From Propionibacteriaceae bacterium (lineage in GTDB: Bacteria; Actinomycetota; Actinomycetes; Propionibacteriales; Propionibacteriaceae): a DNA stretch of 64,000 nucleotides. A program made the position numbers and the translations under genes. Below the pieces are notes generated by a model. That model saw nothing but the letters and a program-made list of their open reading frames with translations, had not been told where the DNA came from and searched no databases. Shown one piece after another: positions 9,965 to 18,878 of the stretch. Positions within the stretch are counted from its first letter, which is position 1; every line of letters starts with the position of its first letter. The stretch covers positions 3,211 through 67,210 of the forward strand of contig JAOPXN010000129.1 in NCBI GenBank assembly GCA_025965155.1, in the 5' to 3' direction.

Positions 9965-12088
9965 GTGACCTTCGACTATCCGCAGACGCGTCGCGACGAC
10001 ACGGTGGAGAACCTGCACGGCTGGGAGATCGCCGACCCGTTCCGCTGGCTGGAGGACGCGGATGCGCCGGAGACGGCGGACTGGGTGCGTCGGCAGAACG
10101 ACGTCACCGACCAGCACCTGGCCGAGCTGGCTGACCGCGGCTGGTTCACCAAGACCATGGCCGCGATCGTGCACCGTCCGCGGGCGGGCGTGCCGCAGAA
10201 GTCGGGCGGCCGGTACTTCGTCAGCCGCAACGACGGCAGCCAGAACCAGGACGTCTGGTACACCGCCGACTCGCTGGCTGAGCTGCTGGAGGGTGGACGG
10301 GTCGTCGTCGATCCGAACACCTTCTCCGCCGACGGCACCGACTCCCTGAGCACCTTCACCGTCAGCGACGACGGCCGCTACTTCGCGTACGCGGTCAGCG
10401 AGGGGGGCAGCGACTGGCAGACGTTCAGGCTGCTCAACCTGGTTACCGGTGAGCCCGTTGAGGACGCCAGCATCCAGACCAAGTTCTCCGAGGCCGGCTG
10501 GCTGCCCGACTCCAGCTCGTACGTGTACGCCGACTTCCCGCACAGCGGGCATGCCGCCGGCACCCAGACCGACTCGCTCGGCGGCCCCAAGCTCAGGTGG
10601 CACCGGGTGGGCCGAGACACCAGCCGGGACCGGGTGCTGCTGGAGTTTCCGGAGAACGACAAGCTGATGTTCTTCACCGAGGTGTCCGCCGACCACCAGT
10701 TCCTCATTGCCTCCATTGTGCAGGGGACCGAAAGCCGTAACCGGGTCTGGGTCTACCGGCTCGGCGACGAGGACGGACGCAGCACCGTCTCGGATCCGAT
10801 CAAGCTGATCGATGATCCGGTGGCGGAGTTCAGCTTCGTCCGGTCGGCCGGGTCGCGGCTGTACTTCAGTACCGACCTGGGCGCGCCCCGAGGGCGGATC
10901 GTGTCGGTCGACCTGGACACGTTCACCGCAACCGGCGCCCTGGACCTTGTCGAGGTAGTGCCGGAGAGGGCTGGCACCCTGCTCGGCGCCCAAGCCGTGG
11001 GCGAGGCCCTGGTCACCGTGTCACTCCAGGACGCCCAGCCGGTGCTCACTCGGTACGATCGCAGCGGGGTCGAGCTGGGCCGCCTGGACATCCCCGGCGG
11101 GGCACTGGTGGAGATCAACGGCCGTCCCGGTGACCCGGAGGGGTTCGTCGGCATGTCGTCGGTGACCGCGCCCACCGTGGCGTACCGCTTCGATGCCGAC
11201 ACGGGTGAGGTGACCGAACTGCCCGGCTTGGTTCGCGGTGATACCTCGACGTTCGCCCCGCCACACCTACGGCACGAGCGCCGCGCCGCCACCAGCAAGG
11301 ACGGCACCGAGGTCCCGTACTTCCTGATCGGGCGGGCCGACCTGGATCGCTCGCGCCCGCATCCCACGCTGCTCTACGGGTACGGCGGCTTCAAGGTCCC
11401 AGTACTGGCCGACTACCGGCCGGGCTGGTCCGGGTGGCTGGCGGCCGGCGGCGTACTGGCCATCGCGAACCTCCGCGGAGGAGGCGAGTTCGGCACCTCC
11501 TGGTACGAGGACGGCCGGCTGACCCACAAGCAGAACGTCTTCGACGACTTCATCGCTGTCGCGGAACACCTGAAGACCTCCGGGGTGACGACGACCGAGC
11601 AGTTGGCGCTGCACGGCCGGAGCAACGGCGGTCTGCTGGTCGGCGCCACCATGACGCAGCGCCCGGACCTAGCGGCGGTGGCACTGCCGATGGTGGGCGT
11701 GCTGGACCTGCTGCGGTTCCACAGGTTCACTATCGGCGCCGCCCGGATCTCCGACTACGGCAACCCGGACGATCCTGACCAGTTCCTGGATGCGGTGGCC
11801 TACTCGCCGCTGCACAATGTGGTCGAGGGGACCGCCTACCCGGCGACCTTGGTGATGACCGGCGACCACGATGACCGGGTAGTGCCGCTGCACAGCCACA
11901 AGTTCACCGCAGCTCTGCAGCAGGCCCATGCCGGGGCGACTCCGGTGCTGACCCGGATCGAGGTGGCAACCGGGCATGGCGCGGGCAAGCCGACGGCGCT
12001 GGTGGTGGCGGAGTGGGCCGACCTGCTCGCCTTCGCCGCCCACCACACCGGGTTGCACCCGAGCGAAGACGCGAGCGTGCAGGCTTAG
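9965..12088 (+). CDS. Prolyl oligopeptidase (S9A family serine peptidase)
   Basis: 707 aa. The N-terminus reads DPFRWLED, followed by a beta-propeller-length middle. The C-terminal catalytic domain has GRSNGGLL (Ser), GDHDDRV (Asp) and GHG (His). Confidence 0.9.
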   Translation: MTFDYPQTRRDDTVENLHGWEIADPFRWLEDADAPETADWVRRQNDVTDQHLAELADRGWFTKTMAAIVHRPRAGVPQKSGGRYFVSRNDGSQNQDVWYTADSLAELLEGGRVVVDPNTFSADGTDSLSTFTVSDDGRYFAYAVSEGGSDWQTFRLLNLVTGEPVEDASIQTKFSEAGWLPDSSSYVYADFPHSGHAAGTQTDSLGGPKLRWHRVGRDTSRDRVLLEFPENDKLMFFTEVSADHQFLIASIVQGTESRNRVWVYRLGDEDGRSTVSDPIKLIDDPVAEFSFVRSAGSRLYFSTDLGAPRGRIVSVDLDTFTATGALDLVEVVPERAGTLLGAQAVGEALVTVSLQDAQPVLTRYDRSGVELGRLDIPGGALVEINGRPGDPEGFVGMSSVTAPTVAYRFDADTGEVTELPGLVRGDTSTFAPPHLRHERRAATSKDGTEVPYFLIGRADLDRSRPHPTLLYGYGGFKVPVLADYRPGWSGWLAAGGVLAIANLRGGGEFGTSWYEDGRLTHKQNVFDDFIAVAEHLKTSGVTTTEQLALHGRSNGGLLVGATMTQRPDLAAVALPMVGVLDLLRFHRFTIGAARISDYGNPDDPDQFLDAVAYSPLHNVVEGTAYPATLVMTGDHDDRVVPLHSHKFTAALQQAHAGATPVLTRIEVATGHGAGKPTALVVAEWADLLAFAAHHTGLHPSEDASVQA

Positions 12089-12109
12089 CGCGGAGGTCGG
12101 GCTCCCCCG

Positions 12110-12508
12110 CTAACCCTGCGGCATATCCATGTACAAGACCTCCCAGACGTGCCCGTCGGGGTCGGTGAAGCTGCGACCGTACATCGGACCCTCGTCCATC
12201 GGGTCGAGCCAGGGCTTGCCGCCGTGGGCCAGCGCCTTGCTGTGCAGGTCGTCGACCTCGTCCCGGCTGTCGGCCGACAGGCAGTTGATGACCTCGGTGC
12301 TGGAAGGGTCATCGTGCACGGAGCCGGTGACGAAGTCGCTGAAACGCCGCTGGTTGAGCAGCATCACGAAGATCGTCTCCGAGATCACGATGCAGGCGGC
12401 CGACTCGTCGGAGAAGGTGTCGTTCACCGAGAAACCCAGACCGGTGTAGAAACCCCTGGCGATGCCGAGATCGCGGACTGGCAAATTGACGAAAATCATG
12501 CGGCTCAT
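12110..12508 (-). CDS. VOC/glyoxalase-family protein
   Basis: MSRMIFVNLPVRDLGIARGFYTGLGFSV...FTDPDGHVWEVLYMD is typical of the glyoxalase/bleomycin-resistance fold. The start is placed at the ATG preceded by GAAAGG. Confidence 0.8.
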   Translation of the reverse strand: MSRMIFVNLPVRDLGIARGFYTGLGFSVNDTFSDESAACIVISETIFVMLLNQRRFSDFVTGSVHDDPSSTEVINCLSADSRDEVDDLHSKALAHGGKPWLDPMDEGPMYGRSFTDPDGHVWEVLYMDMPQG

Positions 12509-12610
12509 GGGAGTTTGCCTTTCTTGGTAGCACACGCCGGACGACGTGTACCTTCAATCAGACCGGCCGAAGGGCTGAAACTCGTCGGGGTTCAGCGGTA
12601 CTTTTCTTTC

Positions 12611-13588
12611 ATGACCGCTGTCGTGACCGACGAAGCCTTCTTTGCTCTGGTGGAGCCGCTGCGAGGCGAGCTGACCGCCCACTGCTATCGGATGCTGGGA
12701 TCGGTGCACGACGCCCAGGACCTGGTGCAGGAGACCTACCTGCGGGCCTGGCGTGCCTACGAGCGGTTCGAGCAGCGATCGTCCATCCGCACCTGGATGT
12801 ACCAGATCGCCACCAACGCCTGCCTGACGGCGCTGCAGAACTCGGCCCGGCGGCCGATGCCCACCGGGCTCGGACAACCCCGATCCGACCCTTTCGGACG
12901 GCTCGACTCCACCCCGGAGGTGAGCTGGCTGGAGCCGATCCCCGACAGCCTGGTGTGGGGATCGGGGGAGACGGCCGACCCGGCTGCGGAGGTGGTGACC
13001 CGGGAGAGCGTGCGCCTGGCCTTCGTGGCCGCCCTGCAACACCTGACGCCGCAGCAGCGCGCCGTGATGATCTTGCGTGACGTCCTGGCCTGGCGGGCCA
13101 GCGAGGTGGCCGAAGCGCTTGACATGACCACCGCAGGGGTGAACAGCACCCTCCAACGGGCCCGGGCTCACCTGGGCAAGCTGGCGCCGGGGCAGTCGCC
13201 GGAGCTGCCCGCCGGTGATCATGCGCAGGAGCTGCTGGAACGCTACGTGGCAGCCTTCGAGAACTATGACGTGGACGGCATCGTCTCGCTGCTGAAAGAG
13301 GACGCGGTCTGGGAGATGCCTCCCTACACCGGTTGGTACCAGGGTGCGGTGCAGATCGGGCAGCTGATCTCGACCAACTGCCCCGCCAGCGCCGCCGGAG
13401 ACATGCGCATGGTGCCCACCTCCGCCAACGGACAGCCTGCCTTCGGGCTGTACATGCGTGACCCCGACGGGGTGCACCGGGCCTTCCAGCTCCAGCAGCT
13501 GACGCTGTCCGGCGGCAAGGTGTCACACGTGGCCGCCTACTTTGACCTGAGTCTGTTCCCGACCTTCGGCCTGCCCGACCAGCTCTGA
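12611..13588 (+). CDS. ECF sigma-70 factor with C-terminal SnoaL/NTF2-like extension (SigG-like)
   Basis: Region 2 reads DAQDLVQETYLRAWRAYERF and region 4 reads LTPQQRAVMILRDVLAWRASEVAEALDMTTAGVNSTLQRARAHL. A roughly 130-aa tail follows (YVAAFENYDVDGIVSLLKEDAVWEMPP). The start is at the ATG at 12611; the upstream part of the 12149 ORF is antisense to the VOC gene. Confidence 0.88.
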   Translation: MTAVVTDEAFFALVEPLRGELTAHCYRMLGSVHDAQDLVQETYLRAWRAYERFEQRSSIRTWMYQIATNACLTALQNSARRPMPTGLGQPRSDPFGRLDSTPEVSWLEPIPDSLVWGSGETADPAAEVVTRESVRLAFVAALQHLTPQQRAVMILRDVLAWRASEVAEALDMTTAGVNSTLQRARAHLGKLAPGQSPELPAGDHAQELLERYVAAFENYDVDGIVSLLKEDAVWEMPPYTGWYQGAVQIGQLISTNCPASAAGDMRMVPTSANGQPAFGLYMRDPDGVHRAFQLQQLTLSGGKVSHVAAYFDLSLFPTFGLPDQL

Positions 13589-13589
13589 G

Positions 13590-14585
13590 CTAGCGGTTTG
13601 CGGTGCTGGCCCGTTCGACGATCGAGTGCGACAGGGTGACCGTCTCGTTCGGGCGGTCGGTGTCGGCAATCCGGTCGGCCACCAGCCGGAGCGCCGTCTC
13701 GGCGAGCAGCCGCTTGTCGAACGAGACCGTGGTCAGCGCCGGCACCGTGAACTGGGACTCTGCCACGTCGTCGTACCCGGTCACCGACACGTCGCCCGGT
13801 ACGGTGAACCCGGCACCCCAGAGCACGTTCAGTGCGCCCAGCGCGAGTGAGTCGGTGAAGCACACCACCGCATCTGGCGCCGGATGCTCCGCCAGGAACC
13901 CGCGCATGGCGTTCGCACCTCCGCTGGGGTCCCAGTCGATGGTGGGTATCTCCAGCTCGGGCAGCCGCGGCAGTCCGGCGGCGTCCAGCGCCTGGCGGTA
14001 ACCGGTCCGACGCAGCCGGGCGCTCTCGGTTTCCATCACCCCCAGGGCGGCGATCCGGCGATGCCCGTGCCGCAGCAGCAGCTCGACCATCTGAGACGTC
14101 GCGGCGACGTTGTCGATCCAGACGTGGTCGGCGATCGGTTGGTTGACCTCTCCGATCAGTACGGTGGGCGGCAGCGAGACACCGGGCTGTACCGCCGACG
14201 TCTCCAGCAGCACGGGGTTGAGGACGAGACCGTCGACCAGATGGGAGCGGGCCCGCGACAGCAGCTGGTGCTCCCGTTCGGCGCCACCCCGGGTCTCCTC
14301 GATCTGGATCGTCAGGTTCCGCTGAGCGGCGGCTTCCACGAAGTGGTGCGCCATCTCAGCGGAGTAGGCGGTGCTGAGGTCGGGCAACGCCAGCGCGATC
14401 ACTCCGGTACGCCCGTTGCGCAGCCCGCGCGCCGACAGGTTCGGCACGTAGTCGAGCTCGGCCAGAGCCGCCTCGACCCGCAGCCGGGTCTTTGGGCTGA
14501 CCGGGAAGGTGCCGTTCACCACGTTCGAGACAGTCTTCGGGGAGACTCCGGCTCGTTGAGCCACGTCCCGGACTGTCGCACGCAT
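13590..14585 (-). CDS. LacI-family transcriptional regulator
   Basis: MRATVRDVAQRAGVSPKTVSNVVNG is the HTH, followed by a periplasmic-binding-protein-like core (GVIALALPDLS, VTGYDD). The start is chosen at the ATG at 14585 within the longer ORF. Confidence 0.9.
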   Translation of the reverse strand: MRATVRDVAQRAGVSPKTVSNVVNGTFPVSPKTRLRVEAALAELDYVPNLSARGLRNGRTGVIALALPDLSTAYSAEMAHHFVEAAAQRNLTIQIEETRGGAEREHQLLSRARSHLVDGLVLNPVLLETSAVQPGVSLPPTVLIGEVNQPIADHVWIDNVAATSQMVELLLRHGHRRIAALGVMETESARLRRTGYRQALDAAGLPRLPELEIPTIDWDPSGGANAMRGFLAEHPAPDAVVCFTDSLALGALNVLWGAGFTVPGDVSVTGYDDVAESQFTVPALTTVSFDKRLLAETALRLVADRIADTDRPNETVTLSHSIVERASTANR

Positions 14586-14907
14586 GAGGCAAACATATCC
14601 AACTGCCGCACCGAACGGCAGCCGATAAGCCGCGGGCCCCGTCCGAGAGGCGGACCGGCCGGCCCGGTGACAGGCAACCAGACCCAGACCTTCGCCATGA
14701 TGACCGCGCATCCTCGACACAGGTCCTGGGCCAAGATCAAGTCCAGGTCCGGGCCGTGAAGGGCGTCCGGGCCGCGCAGGGTGAGAAAGAGCCCTCGGGT
14801 CGTCCTGACCGTCGACGGTGATCATCTTCTGCGCCCCTGTGAGCAGGCGGTACGAGCGACGCGCGGGAACGACTGGCCGGCGCCGGGCCAGCGAGTAGGC
14901 TGAGTTT

Positions 14908-15273
14908 GTGAGCAACCTGCCGATCTCATCGCCGTACCGGAGCACGCCGAACGAGCCGGTGAGTGACGCCGAGCGAGACCAGCTGAGCTCCCGGTTGAAC
15001 GCTGCATTCACCGACGGGACGATCGACGCCGACGCCTATCAGCTGCGGCTCGACCAGCTGTTCGCAGCGCAGCGGATGGGGGAGCTGGTCCCCGTGGTGG
15101 AGGGCCTGCCACCCCTGCAGACCTACCAGAGCCCGGCCATCGTCGCCTCTGTCGGGGGCCGACCAGGCGAGCTTGCCGAGGGCCGGACCGGGACCAACCT
15201 GACCTTGGTGACGGTTGGCGCGATCGCTGGCGTGGTGTTGTTGATCGCGATCTTGCTGGTCGTGCTGTTGTAG
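14908..15273 (+). CDS. DUF1707 domain membrane-anchored protein
   Basis: VSDAERDQLSSRLNAAFTDGTIDADAYQLRLDQLFAAQRMGELVPVVEGLP is the DUF1707 pattern. A C-terminal TM helix (LTLVTVGAIAGVVLLIAILLVVLL) follows. Confidence 0.7.
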   Translation: MSNLPISSPYRSTPNEPVSDAERDQLSSRLNAAFTDGTIDADAYQLRLDQLFAAQRMGELVPVVEGLPPLQTYQSPAIVASVGGRPGELAEGRTGTNLTLVTVGAIAGVVLLIAILLVVLL

Positions 15274-15399
15274 CCGGCGAACGGCCGCGACGGCACAGTT
15301 CTTCGATGCCAACGGGCCCCTGGATTGGCCTGGACTGCGTTAGAAGTAACACAGGACGCTCGCTTTGTACGGCACCGTCGGCGTACCTAAACTGTCAGG

Positions 15400-16278
15400 G
15401 TGCCAAGGCAAATCATCACCCCGCAGAAGCTCGCTGATCATGTGCAGCGACTGGGTGATCTCTACCCACCGATTCCGCTCGACTCGGTGGACCGTACCAT
15501 CCGTCGCCCCAAGCTCGTCGCCCAGCGGTTCGGTCACGTGATCGACTACCTTGCTCGGGTCGAGCTGGAGGTCGACCGCAACGTGCTGGAGCTGTTGTTG
15601 TTGCTGCCCGAAGTGGACGACACCAACAAGACGTTCTACGCCGACGTCTGGCAGCCGCAGGAGATTCAGCACGGGTTGATCTTGGACAGGCTGCAGCAGG
15701 ATCTCGGCCGAACCCCAGCGTCGCCGCACCTCGACGTCTCCATGAAGATCAAGATGCTCGGTGCGCTGGCGAACCTGAAGCCGATCCAAGAAGTTGCCAA
15801 GCTGCTGTACTTCCTCACCGGCGCCAGCACCGAACGGCAGGCCGTGCTGGCGTACAACGTGATCAACGACGGCATGATCGAGATGGGGGAGCGAGCCATC
15901 TCGACGACGATCATCACGCCGATCAAGCAGCAGGAGCCGGGGCACTTCGCCTTCTACCAGATGTCCGCCACGTCGATGATCCAGAACAAGCGGCTCAAGT
16001 CGTGGCAGCTGTTCCTGGCCCGGGTGCTGCGGGAGAAGTCGTACGGGCTGGTCGGCACCAACGGGCTGGACCGCTACAAGGCGGACATGGGTGCGGTCGT
16101 CGTTGACCTGGGTCTGACCGACGACCTGAAGGCGTACGCCCGCGAAGTCGGTCGGGTGGAGAACCGGCTGCTCTGGGCGCACAAGCAGGGGATGGAGTTC
16201 CCGCCGTACATCCTCAAGGCCCTGAAGGAAAGCGTCGAGCTGTACCGCGAGCGCGGCCTTAGCGCCGTCCCGAGCTGA
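15400..16278 (+). CDS. Ferritin-like di-iron carboxylate protein (acyl-ACP-desaturase-like fold, function unknown)
   Basis: Four-helix pattern E...ExxH...E...ExxH: VELEVD, QEIQHG, STERQA and QQEPGHF. Normal amino-acid composition and codon third-position GC, unlike the antisense 389-aa ORF. Confidence 0.6.
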   Translation: MPRQIITPQKLADHVQRLGDLYPPIPLDSVDRTIRRPKLVAQRFGHVIDYLARVELEVDRNVLELLLLLPEVDDTNKTFYADVWQPQEIQHGLILDRLQQDLGRTPASPHLDVSMKIKMLGALANLKPIQEVAKLLYFLTGASTERQAVLAYNVINDGMIEMGERAISTTIITPIKQQEPGHFAFYQMSATSMIQNKRLKSWQLFLARVLREKSYGLVGTNGLDRYKADMGAVVVDLGLTDDLKAYAREVGRVENRLLWAHKQGMEFPPYILKALKESVELYRERGLSAVPS

Positions 16279-16296
16279 GTGGTCAGGGTGAGTGAC

Positions 16297-16503
16297 ATGG
16301 ACATCGTCGAGATCGCCACTGACACCATCCGGCTGGGCCAGCTGCTCAAGCTCGCCAACCTGGTCGACGCCGGCTCCGATGCGAAGGCGCTCCTCAGCCA
16401 GGGCCGGGTCACGGTGAACGGTGAAGTAGAGACCCGCCGGGGACGCCAGCTCGTCCGGGGCGACGTGGTGCGGCTCGGTAACACAGCCGTCCAGGTCGCC
16501 TAA
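16297..16503 (+). CDS. S4-domain RNA-binding protein (YbcJ-like)
   Basis: IRLGQLLKLANLVDAGSDAKALLSQGRVTVNGEVETRRGRQLVRGDVVRL is the small S4 protein signature. ATG at 16297; in-frame GTGs at 16279 and 16288 are also possible. Confidence 0.8.
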   Translation: MDIVEIATDTIRLGQLLKLANLVDAGSDAKALLSQGRVTVNGEVETRRGRQLVRGDVVRLGNTAVQVA

Positions 16504-16510
16504 CCCCAAT

Positions 16511-16574
16511 CCGCCGAGTAGTCACCTCCTCAGCCCCGTCGTCGGCGAGTCGCAGCGGAGCTGACTACTGGCGG
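16511..16574. terminator. Long stem-loop between convergent genes (candidate bidirectional terminator)
   Basis: CCGCCGAGTAGTCA pairs with TGACTACTGGCGG (13 bp, one bulge) around a 37-nt GC-rich loop. Confidence 0.35.
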
Positions 16575-16597
16575 TAGGCGATGCCCGGCGCGCTGGG

Positions 16598-17125
16598 TCA
16601 CTCAAGACCTGCGGCCAGCTCCAGCCAGGGTCGGTGCGCCCCATCGAAGGGCGGCTGCCGGCTCCGGATCGCCTCGACCACGAGCCGGCAGGTCGACTCC
16701 GCGGTCTCGACGAGCTCCGCCGGATAGCCGAAGCGAGCCGCGTGCTCTTCGAACTCGGGCCGGTCCAGGACCCGCACCTCGCCGTCGTCCAGCTGTTCCA
16801 CGTCGAGATCGAGGTCCACGAAGCTGAACAGCTGCCCAGTACGGGTGGCGGCGGTGGTGATGTCCACGTACAGCTGCTTGGGACGTCGCCGACCAGGGTC
16901 AGCCGGTACGAAGTACGCCGACCAGGGCAGGCCGACCTGCAGCAGCCGAAGGCAGGGCGAGATCTCGAACGGGCCTGCGCCCGAGCTCACCACCGTCCCC
17001 GCAGGCATCCAGACCCAGGTCCCGTGCCGGTCGGCGCCGAGCTCGAGCCCGATCGTCTTCCGATGGAACGACCCGTCCCACTTGGTCGAGACCACCGTGA
17101 CCCGGTTCACCCGCTCATCCTGCAA
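16598..17125 (-). CDS. DUF402 domain protein (FomD/Ntdp-like nucleotide phosphatase family)
   Basis: KWDGSFHRK...LYVDITTAATRTGQLFSFVDLDLDVEQLDDGEVRVLDRPEFEEHAARFGYP is the typical DUF402 core. Confidence 0.7.
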   Translation of the reverse strand: MQDERVNRVTVVSTKWDGSFHRKTIGLELGADRHGTWVWMPAGTVVSSGAGPFEISPCLRLLQVGLPWSAYFVPADPGRRRPKQLYVDITTAATRTGQLFSFVDLDLDVEQLDDGEVRVLDRPEFEEHAARFGYPAELVETAESTCRLVVEAIRSRQPPFDGAHRPWLELAAGLE

Positions 17126-17384
17126 CCTGTTGTGGCGTCGGGGATACTGGAATAGGACACACCGCTAGCTGAGCGTCCCGACCACACCCACACCGCAACC
17201 TCCGCCGACGCGTCACATCCGGCGCGGCACGCCGCAGATCCGGCGGAGCATCCGCCTAGTCGGCGGATGATAGCCGAGGATTTGGGTGCTGCGGGGAATG
17301 GGCGTATTGTTGCCTGTCGGCCATCTATGCCGGTGGTCCGTTGTTTCACGCACGAGTACACGTAGTCAACAAGATTGAGAGTTC

Positions 17385-17606
17385 ATGGCGAAGAAAGAGG
17401 GCGCGCTCGAACTGGAGGGCACTGTCGTCGAGGCACTACCCAACGCGATGTTCCGCGTTGAGCTTGCCAACGGCCACAAGGTGCTGGCCACGATCAGTGG
17501 CAAGATGCGGCAGCACTACATCCGCATCATTCCTGCCGACCGCGTCGTCGTCGAACTCTCGGCATACGACCTCACGCGTGGCCGCATCGTCTACCGGCAC
17601 AAGTAA
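17385..17606 (+). CDS. infA: Translation initiation factor IF-1
   Basis: [73 protein letters not shown] is typical IF-1. Confidence 0.98.
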   Translation: MAKKEGALELEGTVVEALPNAMFRVELANGHKVLATISGKMRQHYIRIIPADRVVVELSAYDLTRGRIVYRHK

Positions 17607-17674
17607 CCACACCACCCACCACCCGTTCAGGCTCGCTCCCGCGTGCTCAGGACAATGATTCAGAAAGAAGCTCG

Positions 17675-17788
17675 ATGAAAGTTCAGCCGAGCGTCAAGAA
17701 GATCTGTGACAAGTGCAAGGTCATCCGCCGGCACGGTCGCGTCATGGTGATCTGCGAGAACCCGCGCCACAAGCAGCGCCAGGGCTGA
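17675..17788 (+). CDS. rpmJ: 50S ribosomal protein L36 (zinc-ribbon form)
   Basis: Not in the ORF track because it is under 60 aa. My own translation gives [37 protein letters not shown], with GAAAGAAG upstream of the ATG. Confidence 0.93.
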   Translation: MKVQPSVKKICDKCKVIRRHGRVMVICENPRHKQRQG

Positions 17789-18022
17789 CCTGAGCTGTAC
17801 GGCCGGCACCTCGCCGCCACCGAGTCCAACCGGACTCAACCAGAAAGTGTGACCGCAAGGCCGGAAGCAATCCCGGTCCCACCCTCGGACGAAGGCCGAG
17901 GCCCTGTCTCTGGACATCAGTCCGGGGAGGCGAACAGGGACGCGGCACGCCAGACACCTTCGCGGTCCGCCTCTCCTGCTAACCCAGGAACGGATCGAAA
18001 ACTCGAAAGGTAGTACCGCCTG

Positions 18023-18397
18023 ATGGCACGCCTCATTGGTGTCGACCTCCCTCGCGACAAGCGTCTCGAGGTCGCACTTACCTACATCTTCGGCGTGGGT
18101 CGTACCCGCGCTCTGGAGACCCTGGAGGCCACTGATATCAGTGGCGACCTCCGCGTTCACCAACTCACCGACGATCACCTGGTCACCTTGCGTGACTGGA
18201 TCGAAGCGAACTACCAGGTCGAGGGTGACCTCCGCCGGGAGATTGCTTCCGACATCCGCCGCAAGGTTGAAATCGGCTCCTACCAGGGCCGTCGTCACCG
18301 CAGTGGCCTGCCGGTACGCGGTCAGCGCACCCGCACCAACGCTCGCGGCCGCAAAGGCGCCCGCAAGCCCGTCGCCGGTAAGAAGAAGGCCAAGTAG
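18023..18397 (+). CDS. rpsM: 30S ribosomal protein S13
   Basis: [30 protein letters not shown]...[27 protein letters not shown] is typical S13. Confidence 0.97.
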   Translation: MARLIGVDLPRDKRLEVALTYIFGVGRTRALETLEATDISGDLRVHQLTDDHLVTLRDWIEANYQVEGDLRREIASDIRRKVEIGSYQGRRHRSGLPVRGQRTRTNARGRKGARKPVAGKKKAK

Positions 18398-18451
18398 TCG
18401 TTCCGCGACCACTTGCCGTGAACCCGAGAACTCCAGGAGAAACCAAAACTT

Positions 18452-18856
18452 ATGGCTACAGCAGGCCGCAACGCCCGCGCCACCAAGGTGCGTCGTAAAG
18501 AGAAGAAGAACGTGGTCGCCGGCCACGCTCACATCAAGAGCACGTTCAACAACACCGTCATCTCGATCACCGATCCGACTGGTGCTGTGATCGCGTGGGC
18601 CTCCGCCGGTACGGTCGGCTTCAAGGGCTCCCGCAAGTCGACCCCGTTCGCCGCGCAGATGGCAGCTGAGGCTGCCGGCCGCCGCGCGATGGAGCATGGA
18701 ATGAAGCGAGTCGACGTGTTCGTCAAGGGACCGGGTTCGGGCCGCGAGACCGCGATCCGTTCGCTCGGTGCGATCGGCCTCGAGGTCGGCGCCATCGCCG
18801 ATGTCACCCCTGTCCCACACAACGGTTGCCGCCCGCCCAAGCGTCGCCGCGTCTAA
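18452..18856 (+). CDS. rpsK: 30S ribosomal protein S11
   Basis: [46 protein letters not shown]...[17 protein letters not shown] is typical S11. Confidence 0.97.
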   Translation: MATAGRNARATKVRRKEKKNVVAGHAHIKSTFNNTVISITDPTGAVIAWASAGTVGFKGSRKSTPFAAQMAAEAAGRRAMEHGMKRVDVFVKGPGSGRETAIRSLGAIGLEVGAIADVTPVPHNGCRPPKRRRV

Positions 18857-18878
18857 CACGAATAGGACTTAACTAACC

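Noticed and set aside
12149-12610. N-terminal 154-aa extension of the sigma-factor ORF
   Set aside because: This part is antisense to the VOC gene and has artefactual composition. Sigma region 2 begins shortly after the ATG at 12611.
15340-16509. 389-aa minus-strand ORF opposite the di-iron and S4 genes
   Set aside because: The plus-strand genes have normal amino-acid composition, good third-position GC and recognisable motifs. The minus-strand product is dominated by R, V, H, D and L runs.
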